Shown piece by piece: positions 63,704-64,000 of a stretch of 64,000 bases of DNA (position 1 is the first letter of the stretch; each line of letters starts with the position of its first letter). Origin of the DNA: Moniliella sp. 'wahieum' (taxonomy: Eukaryota). The position numbers and the translations under genes were made by a program. The DNA is taken from positions 372,001 to 436,000 of the forward strand of contig RSEE01000031.1 of assembly GCA_003971905.1 (NCBI GenBank), written 5' to 3'. The notes beneath the pieces are model-generated. The model was not told where the DNA came from. It ran no database searches and worked only from the letters and a program-made list of their open reading frames with translations.

Positions 63704-63737
63704 GCAGAGCAGAGCAGAGCAGAGCAGCAGAGCAGAG
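63704..63737. repeat. (GCAGA)n pentanucleotide microsatellite in the KIN1 5' leader
   Basis: gcagagc agagcagagc agagcagcag agcagag. Confidence 0.8.
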
Positions 63738-64000
63738 GCGTGCCGACAGCCGAGCCAGCACGCGCGGCAGAGGCAGGGGAGAGCAGAGGGCGGCCGGGGG
63801 GAGGCGGGCGGGAGGAGCGGCGGGAGGTGCTACGGCGTGCGGCTGCCAGGGCCACGGCATCTACGCTGCTGCGACTTCTCTCCTGCGGCCCAGACGGCAT
63901 GCTGCATGCACTCCCTGCAGCCGGCGCGGACGCTGCTGGCCACACGCGCGCCGTGCCGCACGCGCTGCCGGTCCAGGTGGCTTGCTTGCATCCGCCGTCG

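Overview
Gene-dense, GC-rich eukaryotic DNA with short GT-AG introns (GTACGT/GTAAGT/GTGAGT donors, CTRAC branch points). Gene content and sequence style point to a basidiomycete fungus. About 29 protein-coding loci and one intron-containing tRNA-Thr(TGT) can be read. In order: CENP-B-type HTH protein, an unknown ORF, RCD1/CAF40, IWS1, an SLC41/MgtE transporter, tRNA-Thr, MCR1, SLX1, BRH2 (BRCA2), MON1, an unknown Pro-rich protein, a C2H2+Zn2Cys6 transcription factor, a secreted Ser/Thr-rich protein, an HSL-family alpha/beta hydrolase, a CaMK-type kinase, a GIT1-like permease, CK2-alpha, HOP1, RBX1, NPY1, an HSF-domain factor, a U1-type zinc-finger protein, a C2H2 factor, an unknown ORF, MOB1, a CHS4/SKT5-like Sel1 protein and KIN1. 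Nearly every gene is broken by single-base indels, most simply explained as an unpolished long-read assembly, so boundaries are approximate and the ORF track is fragmentary. No CRISPR array, rRNA or intact transposon was seen. The two most unusual observations are (1) a CaMK kinase frame that runs with no stop or spacer into the HSL-family hydrolase, a possible kinase-esterase fusion lying downstream of a glycerophosphodiester permease, and (2) recurrent 7-bp-period arrays built from an A-N4-T hexamer palindrome plus one spacer base in non-coding DNA. All identifications come from recognising motifs by eye; no searches were run.
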